This document shows positions 55,450 through 64,000 of a stretch of 64,000 bases of DNA, in pieces (positions within the stretch are counted from its first letter, which is position 1; each line of letters begins with the position of its first letter). The DNA lies in the NCBI GenBank assembly GCA_040954595.2, contig CM082582.2, positions 3,828,303-3,892,302 on the forward strand, in the 5' to 3' direction. Under the pieces are notes generated by a model. That model saw only the letters and a list, made by a program, of their open reading frames with translations. It searched no databases and was not told the DNA's origin. The position numbers were made by a program, and so were the translations under genes. The DNA is from Balanoglossus misakiensis. Its lineage: Eukaryota > Animalia > Hemichordata.

Positions 55450-58400
55450 ATGGAAACCAGCTCTGGGGTCTTAAGCCTTGATCTTGACCAGCCAGAAGGG
55501 ATGCCAGATCCTCCAAGCTTATCAGAACTTGTTGATGAGTTTGAAGACAACCGCATCATAGCAGCACCACCGCGACCGCCGCCCAGTGACCCGGACATCA
55601 GATCTGCTGGGGTGTCCAACTCCAAGTCGCCAGCCACAGTTCTATCACACGAAACCATTACCGAGAAAAGCGCTTCAGCACAATCCAAGTCAAGGAAGAA
55701 CTGTAATGGGACTCCCAGAATACCCGACAACCCGCTCCTCGACACAGATGGAGTGACTTGTGGCGAATGCATGGAAAAATTTACCAATTTACAGAAATAC
55801 ATGGAGCATAGCTGTTCTGGATCACTAGGTGGCACCATCAAACAACACGATGATTTCCTGTATGATAACAATGATGACGAAAATGGACTGAGTGATATAG
55901 AGAACTTTGAAGGAAAAATCGTGTATCAACCAGACGGATCAGCATATCTCATTGACAATGCCGGTGATTCTGAAGAAGAGCTGCTACCGAATATACCCAC
56001 TGTGAAAGAAGCATTGGGTATACAGTATAACTCCAACACCAACCAACTTACAGTACAGCCGCCCATTGTCAATGCACTTCATATACCTTGTACTACAGCC
56101 TTCATGAACGTGGACCTGCCGCAGTACGGCATGTCCTTGCCAGGAAGTGTTTCGGCTCCCGTCATGCAGAGCTACCGTGTGTATGATGTACGCACCCAGA
56201 AGAGCAAAAAAGATGAGGACAGGGAAAAAGAAGTGGAATCCAGTGATGACAATAGCATTGTCATGGAGAACTCCAAACCGATACTTATGTGTTTCCTTTG
56301 TAAACTATCATTTGGCTTTGCGAAATCTTTCGTTGGCCACGCAGTTAATGAACATAAACTGGTCCTGAATGACACTGAGAAAAAGATCATGTCCAGAAAG
56401 AATCAATCTGCCATCATTCAAGGACTTGGAAAAGAGAAAGAGCCACTACTCTCCTTCCTTGAACCGCAGCCACGGAAAACTCAAGCTACCAGTTCCAGTA
56501 GCTACAGCGCAAATGGGCAGGCGTTTTACCAGCAGATGTTGAGCACCTCTCAACCCAACGTTAGTTACATCTACCCAGTTTCTGTTCCCGTCAGTACTAC
56601 TAATTCACTTGTTACAAGTGCTGCTCAACTCGAAGGACAGAAACACGCAGTCGATACAAAAACCAAGAAACAGGGTCACAACTCATCTTCGGACGTCTGC
56701 AAGGACAATGAAGATACTGCTGCCAGTGGTGAGCAGATTAATCTTACACAAAACATATCACCCGAAGACTGTAAGGAGACTCCAGCTGGGGGATCAGATG
56801 AAGATGATGCCAGTCTGGAGAATGCCACTGTAGATAACTCTGAAGGAACTCAAAGTTCATTCAAAGAAAATAAGGCTGAAAGTCCACAAGATTTTTTTAA
56901 TTCCCCAGTGTTTAACACTGACAAACAGCAGAATGGCTGTACAGTTACCGAGAAGGCACCCGAGGTGTCAGACACCAACTCCCCCACCCGAGATGACAGA
57001 GACCTCTCCACTCATCTTGAAGAGCCATCCACACACAAAGATTCAAACGCTAACAGTACTTATACGATGGATGACAGTACTGCCGAAGAAGACTGTCAGT
57101 CGAAAACGCCCGAGAGAAGCCACTGCAATCACGAGCATGAAAAGCACGATTGTTCCAGGCAGTCACCCAGTAGTCTGTACGGACATTACACCAGCGACGG
57201 GCACCGAATCTCCAGCAGTGTTGAATGCCCCAAATGCGACATGGTCCTGGGCTCGTCCCGATCGCTCGGCGGCCACATGACCATGATGCATTCCCGCAAC
57301 TCCTGCAAGACCCTGAAGTGTCCCAAGTGCAACTGGCATTACAAATACCAGCAGACACTGGAAGCCCACATGAAGGAGAAACACCCGGAGACGGAGACCA
57401 AGTGCGTCTATTGCCAGACTAATCAGTCCCACCCCCGGCTAGCCAGAGGTGAGACCTACACGTGTGGATACAAGCCGTTTCGTTGTGAAATCTGCAACTA
57501 TTCGACCACCACCAAGGGCAACTTGAGCATCCATATGCAGTCCGACAAACATCTGAACAACTTGCAAGAACTTCAGAGTGGTAGTGCTGCAGTCGCTGCC
57601 GTGTCTGCTGCAAGTGGCCGCAGTACTGATCACATGTTTAGTCAACAAGCCAAATCCAGCGAGTCAACCGCTTCGAAGCCAAAGCCAAAACCAACCTGGC
57701 GATGTGATGTCTGCGAGTATGAAACCAACGTGGCCAGAAATCTACGTATTCACATGACCAGTGAAAAGCACATGCACAACATGTTGGCCGTTCAACACAA
57801 CATGACCCAGATGCAGCATGACTTGCAGATGAATCTTGGTGCTTACCAACCCGACGACAGCATGTATCGGCTGATGACACAGAACATGGTACCCATCTCC
57901 ATTGCCACCGAGTCTCATTTAGATCCACACGCTCTGATGGGAGAATATCCGTACGACCAGGCCATGTATGCAGCAGCTATGGCCGGTCAGGTGACGCCAG
58001 AAATGATGGAGATGGAGTCGATGGGGGATGACCAGCCACCAGTCAATGAAGACCCGACAAAGAATGAACCGTTGCACATGTTCCAATGCTCAGTCTGCAA
58101 CAAATTTGTCACCGACGACCTGGATTCCCTGTACGACCACATTCACAAAGATCGAAGCATTCCTACCGACAGTTCTTGGAAGATTCAGATAGCTGACGTC
58201 ATCCGTTGCAATCTGTGTAACTACAGTACTCAGCTGAAGGCCAATTTTCAACTCCACTGCAAGACCGATAAACACATCCAGAAACTTCAACTGGTGAATC
58301 ACATCAAAGAAGGTGGCGCCCAGAATGAGTGGCGACTGAAATACATGAATGTCAGCAACCCAACCCAAGTGAAGTGCAATGCGTGCGATTACTATACTTA

Positions 58401-61400
58401 CAGCGTGGAGAAACTGAGAGCCCACGTGGCCAACTACCGGCATGAAACCAGTTTGAAGCTGTTCAGACATCTACAAGACATCAATATCACAATCAATTCG
58501 GAAACCAAGTACTATCACTGTACCATGTGCAAGTACTCCACCAAAGCCAAACTTAGCCTCATCCAGCATGTCCGTTCCATGAAGCACTTGAAGATGGAAG
58601 AAGAATACATCAAGAAGAAAGCGGAGGGGTCTGAAGAAAATGCCAACCCGGGCGTTAGTTCAAACGAAGGCGTATTAGATCTGTCTTCGAAGAGAGAAAA
58701 ATCCCATCATGAAAGTGCTGCAGATGATGCGAAAACAGAGAGTTTGAAAAAACAATCTGTGGCATCCGAAGGGGCGAGCAGTGCCAGTGGTAGTTCTGTA
58801 ATGCGCACAACCACAACACAGATTTACACATGCCCTTACTGCAAGTACAGCAGTATTGATCAAGACCGCATTCGAGCCCACGTGTTGTCTCAACACAGTG
58901 TGAAGCCGCAAGCAGTGTTGAGATGCCCTCTTTGCCAAGATATGTGCACCAACAAGATCAACCTGGAAATTCACTTAGTGCAAGTGCACAGCGTGTCTCG
59001 TGATTGTTTGCAGCGATTGATGATGACAGTAGAACGAAGTGATTGGATTGGCTCATCCACTAACCCACCTAATACGTCACCCACCAGTCTATTGTCTCCC
59101 AGTTCGTCTCACCTGCCCAGCCTGGACAGTCCCACCAATGCTAGCAGTCAGAGTCCAGGTGCCAGCATGTTCACCAACAAAGAAGATTCTGTTGAAGTGA
59201 ATCAAGGCAGCGATGTTGAATCAGGAGACCAGTACAGATGCCAGAAATGCCACCAAGTATTTCAAAACCTGGACGGTTTATACAAGCATCAAAATGAAGT
59301 CTGTCCATTGAAAGAGCAAGAAACACCGGGCGGGCCTGGTTTCCTGTGCTGGAAGAAGGGTTGCAATCAGTACTTCAAGACGTCTGCTGCTCTACAGATG
59401 CACTTCAAAGAAATCCACGCCAAGCGACCACAGCTACCGGTCTCTGAGCGTCATGTATACAAGTACAGGTGCAGTCAGTGCAGTCTAGCTTTCAAGACGT
59501 TGGAGAAACTCCAGATCCATTCACAGTATCACATGATACGAGCGGCGACAAAGTGCTCAATTTGTGACCGAAGTTTCAGATCAATCTCAGCCCTCCGAAA
59601 ACACACTGAAACTAATCACATGGATGCAGGAAACACCGAAATGGCACAGTACTTCATGGCGAATGCAGGAGCTGGTTTCATGGGTCTGCCAACATCTGCA
59701 ACTTCAGAATCGGCTATCACAGTCCCAAACAGCATAGGGATACCGGCATCTGTTGCATCAAGTGTCATCTTTGCACACCAGACAGGGACAGAGACCAGCA
59801 TGCAGGCTCTGACACCAGATGTATTGGACGAGAAATCCCAAGACAGCATGTCTTCAGACCTGTTCTCAGAACTACAGGAGGACGGCAGCCAGGCTATGGA
59901 TCTGTCCAGCGAGCAAGACGGGGACGCGGACGGCGCACTTGATGATGGCGACTCTAACCAGGACGGATTGCAGCCGTCGGAAGAGACTTACCACGACCCG
60001 AGTCGCAAGTATAAATGCCACCGCTGCAAAGTTGGATTCATGAAGCAGAGCGAGCTGAGCAATCACCACAAGACGCTACAGCACAGACGAGGATGCAGGG
60101 CTGCTTATACCATGGATAAGTACCTGGACCCAAACAGGCCGTACAAGTGCGAGACTTGTAAAGAATCTTTCACCCAGAAGAACATCCTGCTGGTTCACTA
60201 CAATTCTGTGTCACACCTGCATAAGTTGAAGAGAAGTCTGACGGAGAGTGAAGTCAGCCCACCGGAGACAAGTCCCAGCAATGACAAGAAGCCATTCAAA
60301 TGTAACATCTGCAAAGTGGCCTACAGCCAGGGGTCCACCTTAGATATTCACATGAGGTCAGTTCTGCACCAGACCCGAGCGGCGAAGTTGGAATCGGCCG
60401 GTGCATTTGGAGGACTGCAACACATCGGACAGAGCAGCGATCCAATGGCCAGTCAAAGTCAACAGCAGGCGACAACCCTTCAACACCAGTTACTCGCCGC
60501 TGCAGCTGCAGATGCCAGCCAACAGTTAGCTCATGCACAAGCCCAACAGATGAGCAGTGAAGCAGCCAGTGCTGCAGCAGCCAACGCCATCGCCAGTGCA
60601 GCCCTGACCCAACAACTGATGGATCCAGCCACCCTGGCTCTCTTTCAACAACAGCTGCTGTCTTCAGGAATGTCCAGTGCTATGCATTGTTGCAGTCAGT
60701 GTAACTCATTCTTCATGACGCAAGATGCTCTAACTCAACATCAGCAGACGCAGTGCGGTTTGAGTGATGCGGCCACAGCAGCTCAGTTCTCCTCTCAGCA
60801 GAAGACTTACATGACGTACACTCCACGCCCTACTTACCCCATAATGCGAGCGTTCTTGGAGAATTATGGATATGATCTGGTGCAGCAGTACAACGAAAAT
60901 GCCCAGGGTCTGCCTCCAAATATCGATCCGAAAGATAAATTCAAGTGTGACGAGTGCAACAGGGAGTTTTCCAGTGTTTGGGTGTTCAAAGCACACGCTG
61001 AGCAAGACCACAACTCCTTCTTCCCCACGGAGATGGTCGAGATGTTTTCTGACAAGTACAGAGAAGAATATGACAAACTTTATGCAGAGAAGAACAGTGT
61101 CACCTCCACCAGCGCAAGTACTCCCAGCACTCCAGCCACACCGACCGAATCAGTCTCCACGAGTGCGCAGCAATCAGCTGCCCGGTCACAAGCAGCAGCA
61201 ATTTCCGAACAACAATCAGCAAGCGCAGCAGCAGCAGCAGCTCAACTCACTTCTCAGTTGGAGATTCTACAGTCTGTCGCTCCATCCGTCTCCACGGGAA
61301 CGGCCACTGTGATGCCACCACCGCCCATCCCGTCACCCTCGCCCCAGATGCTCATATCGAGCGCGTTGCCCATTCAGTTGCAGCCCATGCAGACCATTTC

Positions 61401-64000
61401 CTACATTGATCCTGCAGCCTACATGCAGAAGTCGCCCAAACGTGCAAGAACACGCATCACCGACGATCAACTGAAGATCCTGCGGGCACACTTTGATATT
61501 AATAACTCGCCGAGTGAAGACCAAATCTGTGAGATGTCCGAGAAGTCGGGTCTTCCACACAAAGTCATCAAACACTGGTTCAGAAACACCCTCTTCAAAG
61601 AGCGTCAACGCAACAAGGATTCACCCTACAATTTCAACAACCCACCCTCCACCATTCTTCCATTGTCATCCGAGACGCAGACCAGTCCAACAGTGACATC
61701 AACCGAGAAGAAGGCTGAAACAGAAACCGTCATATCAGAAAATACAGCATCCCCTGTATGCAGTGAAGTCATCCTTCCTGGGTCGTCTACAGCAACAGCA
61801 ACTACTACTACCTCCATGGAAAGAGATTCCAGAGCAAGTCCCGAAGTCAGTGCAATTAAATTGTCATCTACTGAGACTCCTCCTGTTTCCACATTCACCA
61901 CCAACACGGCAACTATGGCTTCAGCTGCATCGGAAACTTCGTTTGTATCCAGTCCGACAGCATCAATACCAATCAGCAGCAGCACGCCGTCTAACCTCAT
62001 CCCTTCCCACGGACCAGTCACCCCACCAATGTCAGCCTCGTCCTATTCCTCTAGTTCGTCATCCAAAAGAGCCGGCCGTACCCGCTTCACTGATTACCAA
62101 ATCAAGGTGCTACAGGAGTTCTTTGAGAATAATGCCTACCCGAAAGATGATGATCTCGAGCATCTATCCAAGCTATTGGGACTGAGCCCCCGAGTCATCG
62201 TCGTCTGGTTCCAGAATGCCAGACAGAAAGCGCGAAAGATGTTCGAGAACCAACCTCCGGTGGAAACTGAAGCAGACAGCGGTGGCACGCGTTATCGTCG
62301 CACGCCGGGGTTAAACTACCAGTGCAACAAGTGTCTCCTGGTCTTTCAGAGATTCTTTGAGCTGATCAAACATCAGAAGCAGCACTGCTACAAGGAAGAT
62401 GACAGCTCCAACAACAGCTACGCCGGTTCCTCTACACCGACATCACCAAACACCCCCACCAGTCTGCAGCCGGAGACACCAATCAACATCAAGTCTGAAG
62501 ACAAGAAATCCGAACCAACGAAATCGGAGTTGCTGTCAACCCCGCAGGTGCACTATCAGTGCGACAAGTGCGATCTGGTCTTTCCGCAGTTCGAGCAGTG
62601 GAACGAACATCAACAGGTTCACTTCATGCAGTCCTTCCGCTCCTACATGCCTCAACACAATCCGTTCAACATGATGTACATGCCGTTTGATACCACAGTC
62701 AACGGCCTCACAGCTGAACAGTATTTTGGAGCCTTTCCGCAGCCCAAAGGTGGTGACCACTCGGCGAATAAGAGAAAGCTGTCCGAGACGGATGAAACCG
62801 CTTCGGAGACTCACTCAAACGCAGATCCAGACCAGCCCAGAGATAAGCGTCTGCGCACCACCATTTCACCGCAGCAACTCGAAATCCTGTACCAGAAATA
62901 CCAGGAAGATAGCAATCCTACCCGGCGTATGCTCGATATGATAGCCAGGCAAGTTGGTTTGAAGAAACGTGTCGTCCAGGTGTGGTTCCAGAACACAAGA
63001 GCAAGAGAGAGAAAAGGCCAGTTCAGATTATCAGCACCGAATCACATGCACAAGAGATGTCCATTCTGCCGTGCCATATTCAAAGCAAAGAATGCTTTGG
63101 AAGCCCATATCAAAGCCCGCCACTGGGACCAGCTCATCAATGGTAGTTCGCTCGACACACTACTTAAACAGAGTGACGCCTTCAGTTTTGCAGAGTTTGG
63201 TGAAGGAACAAGTGCATCTGGGTCTCCCAAAATGTACGAAGAATTCATGAAAACAGGGTCAACACATGAGGATGGTGAGAAAGCTTTAAATTTATCCAGT
63301 CCCCCTGTGAAACTGAGCGAGAAGACATCATCACACCGACAGAGGTCTGAAGATTGTATTGTTATTTCCGATTCCCAAGATGACAGCAGCCTTGATATTG
63401 AAGATGGACAGAAAGATACCGGCAGCAACGGGGATGGTGCTCGTGACGATCTTGAATCCATCACGTCATCTGCAGCCGACACAGGGTGCAGCAATGCAGA
63501 CGAGAGAAATGTGGACTTGATGGAGGGTGAAAGTCTGAAGGATTTAGATTCTAACGAGGGCGATCAGGACACTGAGAGCATCGCGGTTTCTGACACGACG
63601 TCTTACACGGCAGGCGGCGAGGATTCCTACAGCGCGGCGACCGGAATGGACGATGCGGAGCAACGGAGACAAGCCCGAGAATGCGGCAAGCGTTTCCGCA
63701 CCCAGATGAGCCAAGTCCAGTTAAAAGTGCTCAAGTGTTGCTTCACTGACTACCGCACTCCGACCATGCATGAGTGCGAGCTGCTGGGCAACGAGATCGG
63801 TCTGCCCAAGAGAGTAGTGCAAGTGTGGTTCCAGAACGCCCGAGCCAAGGAGAAGAAGTGCAAGATGACGCTCAGCAAGCAGTTTGGGTTGATCGGCAAT
63901 CATTTCGACAGTGCCCACGACGCCTGCAAGCTGTGCGCTGTGCAGTATTCGGCCAAGATGTCCATTCGTGATCATGTCTTCACAGAGACGCACATTCACA
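55450..64000 (+). CDS. ZFHX4: Zinc finger homeobox protein, ZFHX3/ZFHX4-like (ATBF1/zfh2 family); 3'-partial, at least 2850 aa
   Basis: Kozak ACCATGG. Family motifs: VTCGECMEKFTNLQKYMEHSC, SDIENFEGKIVYQPDGSAY, LMCFLCKLSFG, SAIIQGLGKEKEPLLSFLEP, ECPKCDMVLGSSRSLGGHMTMMHSRNSCKTLKCPKCNWHYKYQQTLEAHMKEKHPE, RCEICNYSTTTKGNLSIHMQSDKH, many further C2H2 fingers and four homeodomains. No in-frame stop seen, and the ORF track lists no closed ORF in this frame. The symbol denotes the family; it is probably the single pro-orthologue of ZFHX2/3/4. Confidence 0.97.
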   Translation, partial: METSSGVLSLDLDQPEGMPDPPSLSELVDEFEDNRIIAAPPRPPPSDPDIRSAGVSNSKSPATVLSHETITEKSASAQSKSRKNCNGTPRIPDNPLLDTDGVTCGECMEKFTNLQKYMEHSCSGSLGGTIKQHDDFLYDNNDDENGLSDIENFEGKIVYQPDGSAYLIDNAGDSEEELLPNIPTVKEALGIQYNSNTNQLTVQPPIVNALHIPCTTAFMNVDLPQYGMSLPGSVSAPVMQSYRVYDVRTQKSKKDEDREKEVESSDDNSIVMENSKPILMCFLCKLSFGFAKSFVGHAVNEHKLVLNDTEKKIMSRKNQSAIIQGLGKEKEPLLSFLEPQPRKTQATSSSSYSANGQAFYQQMLSTSQPNVSYIYPVSVPVSTTNSLVTSAAQLEGQKHAVDTKTKKQGHNSSSDVCKDNEDTAASGEQINLTQNISPEDCKETPAGGSDEDDASLENATVDNSEGTQSSFKENKAESPQDFFNSPVFNTDKQQNGCTVTEKAPEVSDTNSPTRDDRDLSTHLEEPSTHKDSNANSTYTMDDSTAEEDCQSKTPERSHCNHEHEKHDCSRQSPSSLYGHYTSDGHRISSSVECPKCDMVLGSSRSLGGHMTMMHSRNSCKTLKCPKCNWHYKYQQTLEAHMKEKHPETETKCVYCQTNQSHPRLARGETYTCGYKPFRCEICNYSTTTKGNLSIHMQSDKHLNNLQELQSGSAAVAAVSAASGRSTDHMFSQQAKSSESTASKPKPKPTWRCDVCEYETNVARNLRIHMTSEKHMHNMLAVQHNMTQMQHDLQMNLGAYQPDDSMYRLMTQNMVPISIATESHLDPHALMGEYPYDQAMYAAAMAGQVTPEMMEMESMGDDQPPVNEDPTKNEPLHMFQCSVCNKFVTDDLDSLYDHIHKDRSIPTDSSWKIQIADVIRCNLCNYSTQLKANFQLHCKTDKHIQKLQLVNHIKEGGAQNEWRLKYMNVSNPTQVKCNACDYYTYSVEKLRAHVANYRHETSLKLFRHLQDINITINSETKYYHCTMCKYSTKAKLSLIQHVRSMKHLKMEEEYIKKKAEGSEENANPGVSSNEGVLDLSSKREKSHHESAADDAKTESLKKQSVASEGASSASGSSVMRTTTTQIYTCPYCKYSSIDQDRIRAHVLSQHSVKPQAVLRCPLCQDMCTNKINLEIHLVQVHSVSRDCLQRLMMTVERSDWIGSSTNPPNTSPTSLLSPSSSHLPSLDSPTNASSQSPGASMFTNKEDSVEVNQGSDVESGDQYRCQKCHQVFQNLDGLYKHQNEVCPLKEQETPGGPGFLCWKKGCNQYFKTSAALQMHFKEIHAKRPQLPVSERHVYKYRCSQCSLAFKTLEKLQIHSQYHMIRAATKCSICDRSFRSISALRKHTETNHMDAGNTEMAQYFMANAGAGFMGLPTSATSESAITVPNSIGIPASVASSVIFAHQTGTETSMQALTPDVLDEKSQDSMSSDLFSELQEDGSQAMDLSSEQDGDADGALDDGDSNQDGLQPSEETYHDPSRKYKCHRCKVGFMKQSELSNHHKTLQHRRGCRAAYTMDKYLDPNRPYKCETCKESFTQKNILLVHYNSVSHLHKLKRSLTESEVSPPETSPSNDKKPFKCNICKVAYSQGSTLDIHMRSVLHQTRAAKLESAGAFGGLQHIGQSSDPMASQSQQQATTLQHQLLAAAAADASQQLAHAQAQQMSSEAASAAAANAIASAALTQQLMDPATLALFQQQLLSSGMSSAMHCCSQCNSFFMTQDALTQHQQTQCGLSDAATAAQFSSQQKTYMTYTPRPTYPIMRAFLENYGYDLVQQYNENAQGLPPNIDPKDKFKCDECNREFSSVWVFKAHAEQDHNSFFPTEMVEMFSDKYREEYDKLYAEKNSVTSTSASTPSTPATPTESVSTSAQQSAARSQAAAISEQQSASAAAAAAQLTSQLEILQSVAPSVSTGTATVMPPPPIPSPSPQMLISSALPIQLQPMQTISYIDPAAYMQKSPKRARTRITDDQLKILRAHFDINNSPSEDQICEMSEKSGLPHKVIKHWFRNTLFKERQRNKDSPYNFNNPPSTILPLSSETQTSPTVTSTEKKAETETVISENTASPVCSEVILPGSSTATATTTTSMERDSRASPEVSAIKLSSTETPPVSTFTTNTATMASAASETSFVSSPTASIPISSSTPSNLIPSHGPVTPPMSASSYSSSSSSKRAGRTRFTDYQIKVLQEFFENNAYPKDDDLEHLSKLLGLSPRVIVVWFQNARQKARKMFENQPPVETEADSGGTRYRRTPGLNYQCNKCLLVFQRFFELIKHQKQHCYKEDDSSNNSYAGSSTPTSPNTPTSLQPETPINIKSEDKKSEPTKSELLSTPQVHYQCDKCDLVFPQFEQWNEHQQVHFMQSFRSYMPQHNPFNMMYMPFDTTVNGLTAEQYFGAFPQPKGGDHSANKRKLSETDETASETHSNADPDQPRDKRLRTTISPQQLEILYQKYQEDSNPTRRMLDMIARQVGLKKRVVQVWFQNTRARERKGQFRLSAPNHMHKRCPFCRAIFKAKNALEAHIKARHWDQLINGSSLDTLLKQSDAFSFAEFGEGTSASGSPKMYEEFMKTGSTHEDGEKALNLSSPPVKLSEKTSSHRQRSEDCIVISDSQDDSSLDIEDGQKDTGSNGDGARDDLESITSSAADTGCSNADERNVDLMEGESLKDLDSNEGDQDTESIAVSDTTSYTAGGEDSYSAATGMDDAEQRRQARECGKRFRTQMSQVQLKVLKCCFTDYRTPTMHECELLGNEIGLPKRVVQVWFQNARAKEKKCKMTLSKQFGLIGNHFDSAHDACKLCAVQYSAKMSIRDHVFTETHIH
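61435..61614 (+). other. ZFHX homeodomain 1
   Basis: PKRARTRITDDQLKILRAHFDINNSPSEDQICEMSEKSGLPHKVIKHWFRNTLFKERQRN. Confidence 0.95.
62065..62244 (+). other. ZFHX homeodomain 2
   Basis: KRAGRTRFTDYQIKVLQEFFENNAYPKDDDLEHLSKLLGLSPRVIVVWFQNARQKARKMF. Confidence 0.95.
62842..63021 (+). other. ZFHX homeodomain 3
   Basis: DKRLRTTISPQQLEILYQKYQEDSNPTRRMLDMIARQVGLKKRVVQVWFQNTRARERKGQ. Confidence 0.95.
63685..63864 (+). other. ZFHX homeodomain 4
   Basis: GKRFRTQMSQVQLKVLKCCFTDYRTPTMHECELLGNEIGLPKRVVQVWFQNARAKEKKCK. Confidence 0.95.

Noticed and set aside
55392-63999. Numerous antisense and alternative-frame ORFs overlapping ZFHX
   Set aside because: Shadows of a GC-richer coding frame; no recognisable domains.
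55450-64000. ZFHX as a processed retrogene or pseudogene
   Set aside because: Intact frame, a canonical upstream splice acceptor, and a position beside THTPA indicate the native locus.

Overview
Eukaryotic (metazoan) genomic DNA: AT-rich, CpG-depleted and intron-containing; the ZFHX protein suggests an invertebrate deuterostome or similar bilaterian (inference). Two protein-coding genes are supported, arranged head-to-head. (1) THTPA (thiamine triphosphatase, CYTH family) on the - strand has two coding exons, 36892-36319 and 28139-28030, separated by an 8.2-kb intron, giving 227 aa. The ORF track misses exon 2 and reads into the intron. (2) A four-homeodomain, multi-zinc-finger ZFHX2/3/4 (ATBF1/zfh2) family gene on the + strand has its CDS starting at 55450 and running without a stop or apparent intron to the window end (at least 2850 codons); it is absent from the ORF track because it has no stop. 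A CpG-rich block at about 36.3-38.7 kb looks like a shared bidirectional promoter with candidate ZFHX non-coding first-exon donors. The rest is non-coding: small MITEs, tandem repeats, and patches rich in POU octamer, RFX X-box and TAAT motifs, consistent with a developmental regulatory landscape. I see no RNA gene, CRISPR array or autonomous mobile element. The most interesting signal is the THTPA/ZFHX divergent pair, which mirrors the human THTPA/ZFHX2 arrangement, together with the giant ZFHX coding exon.
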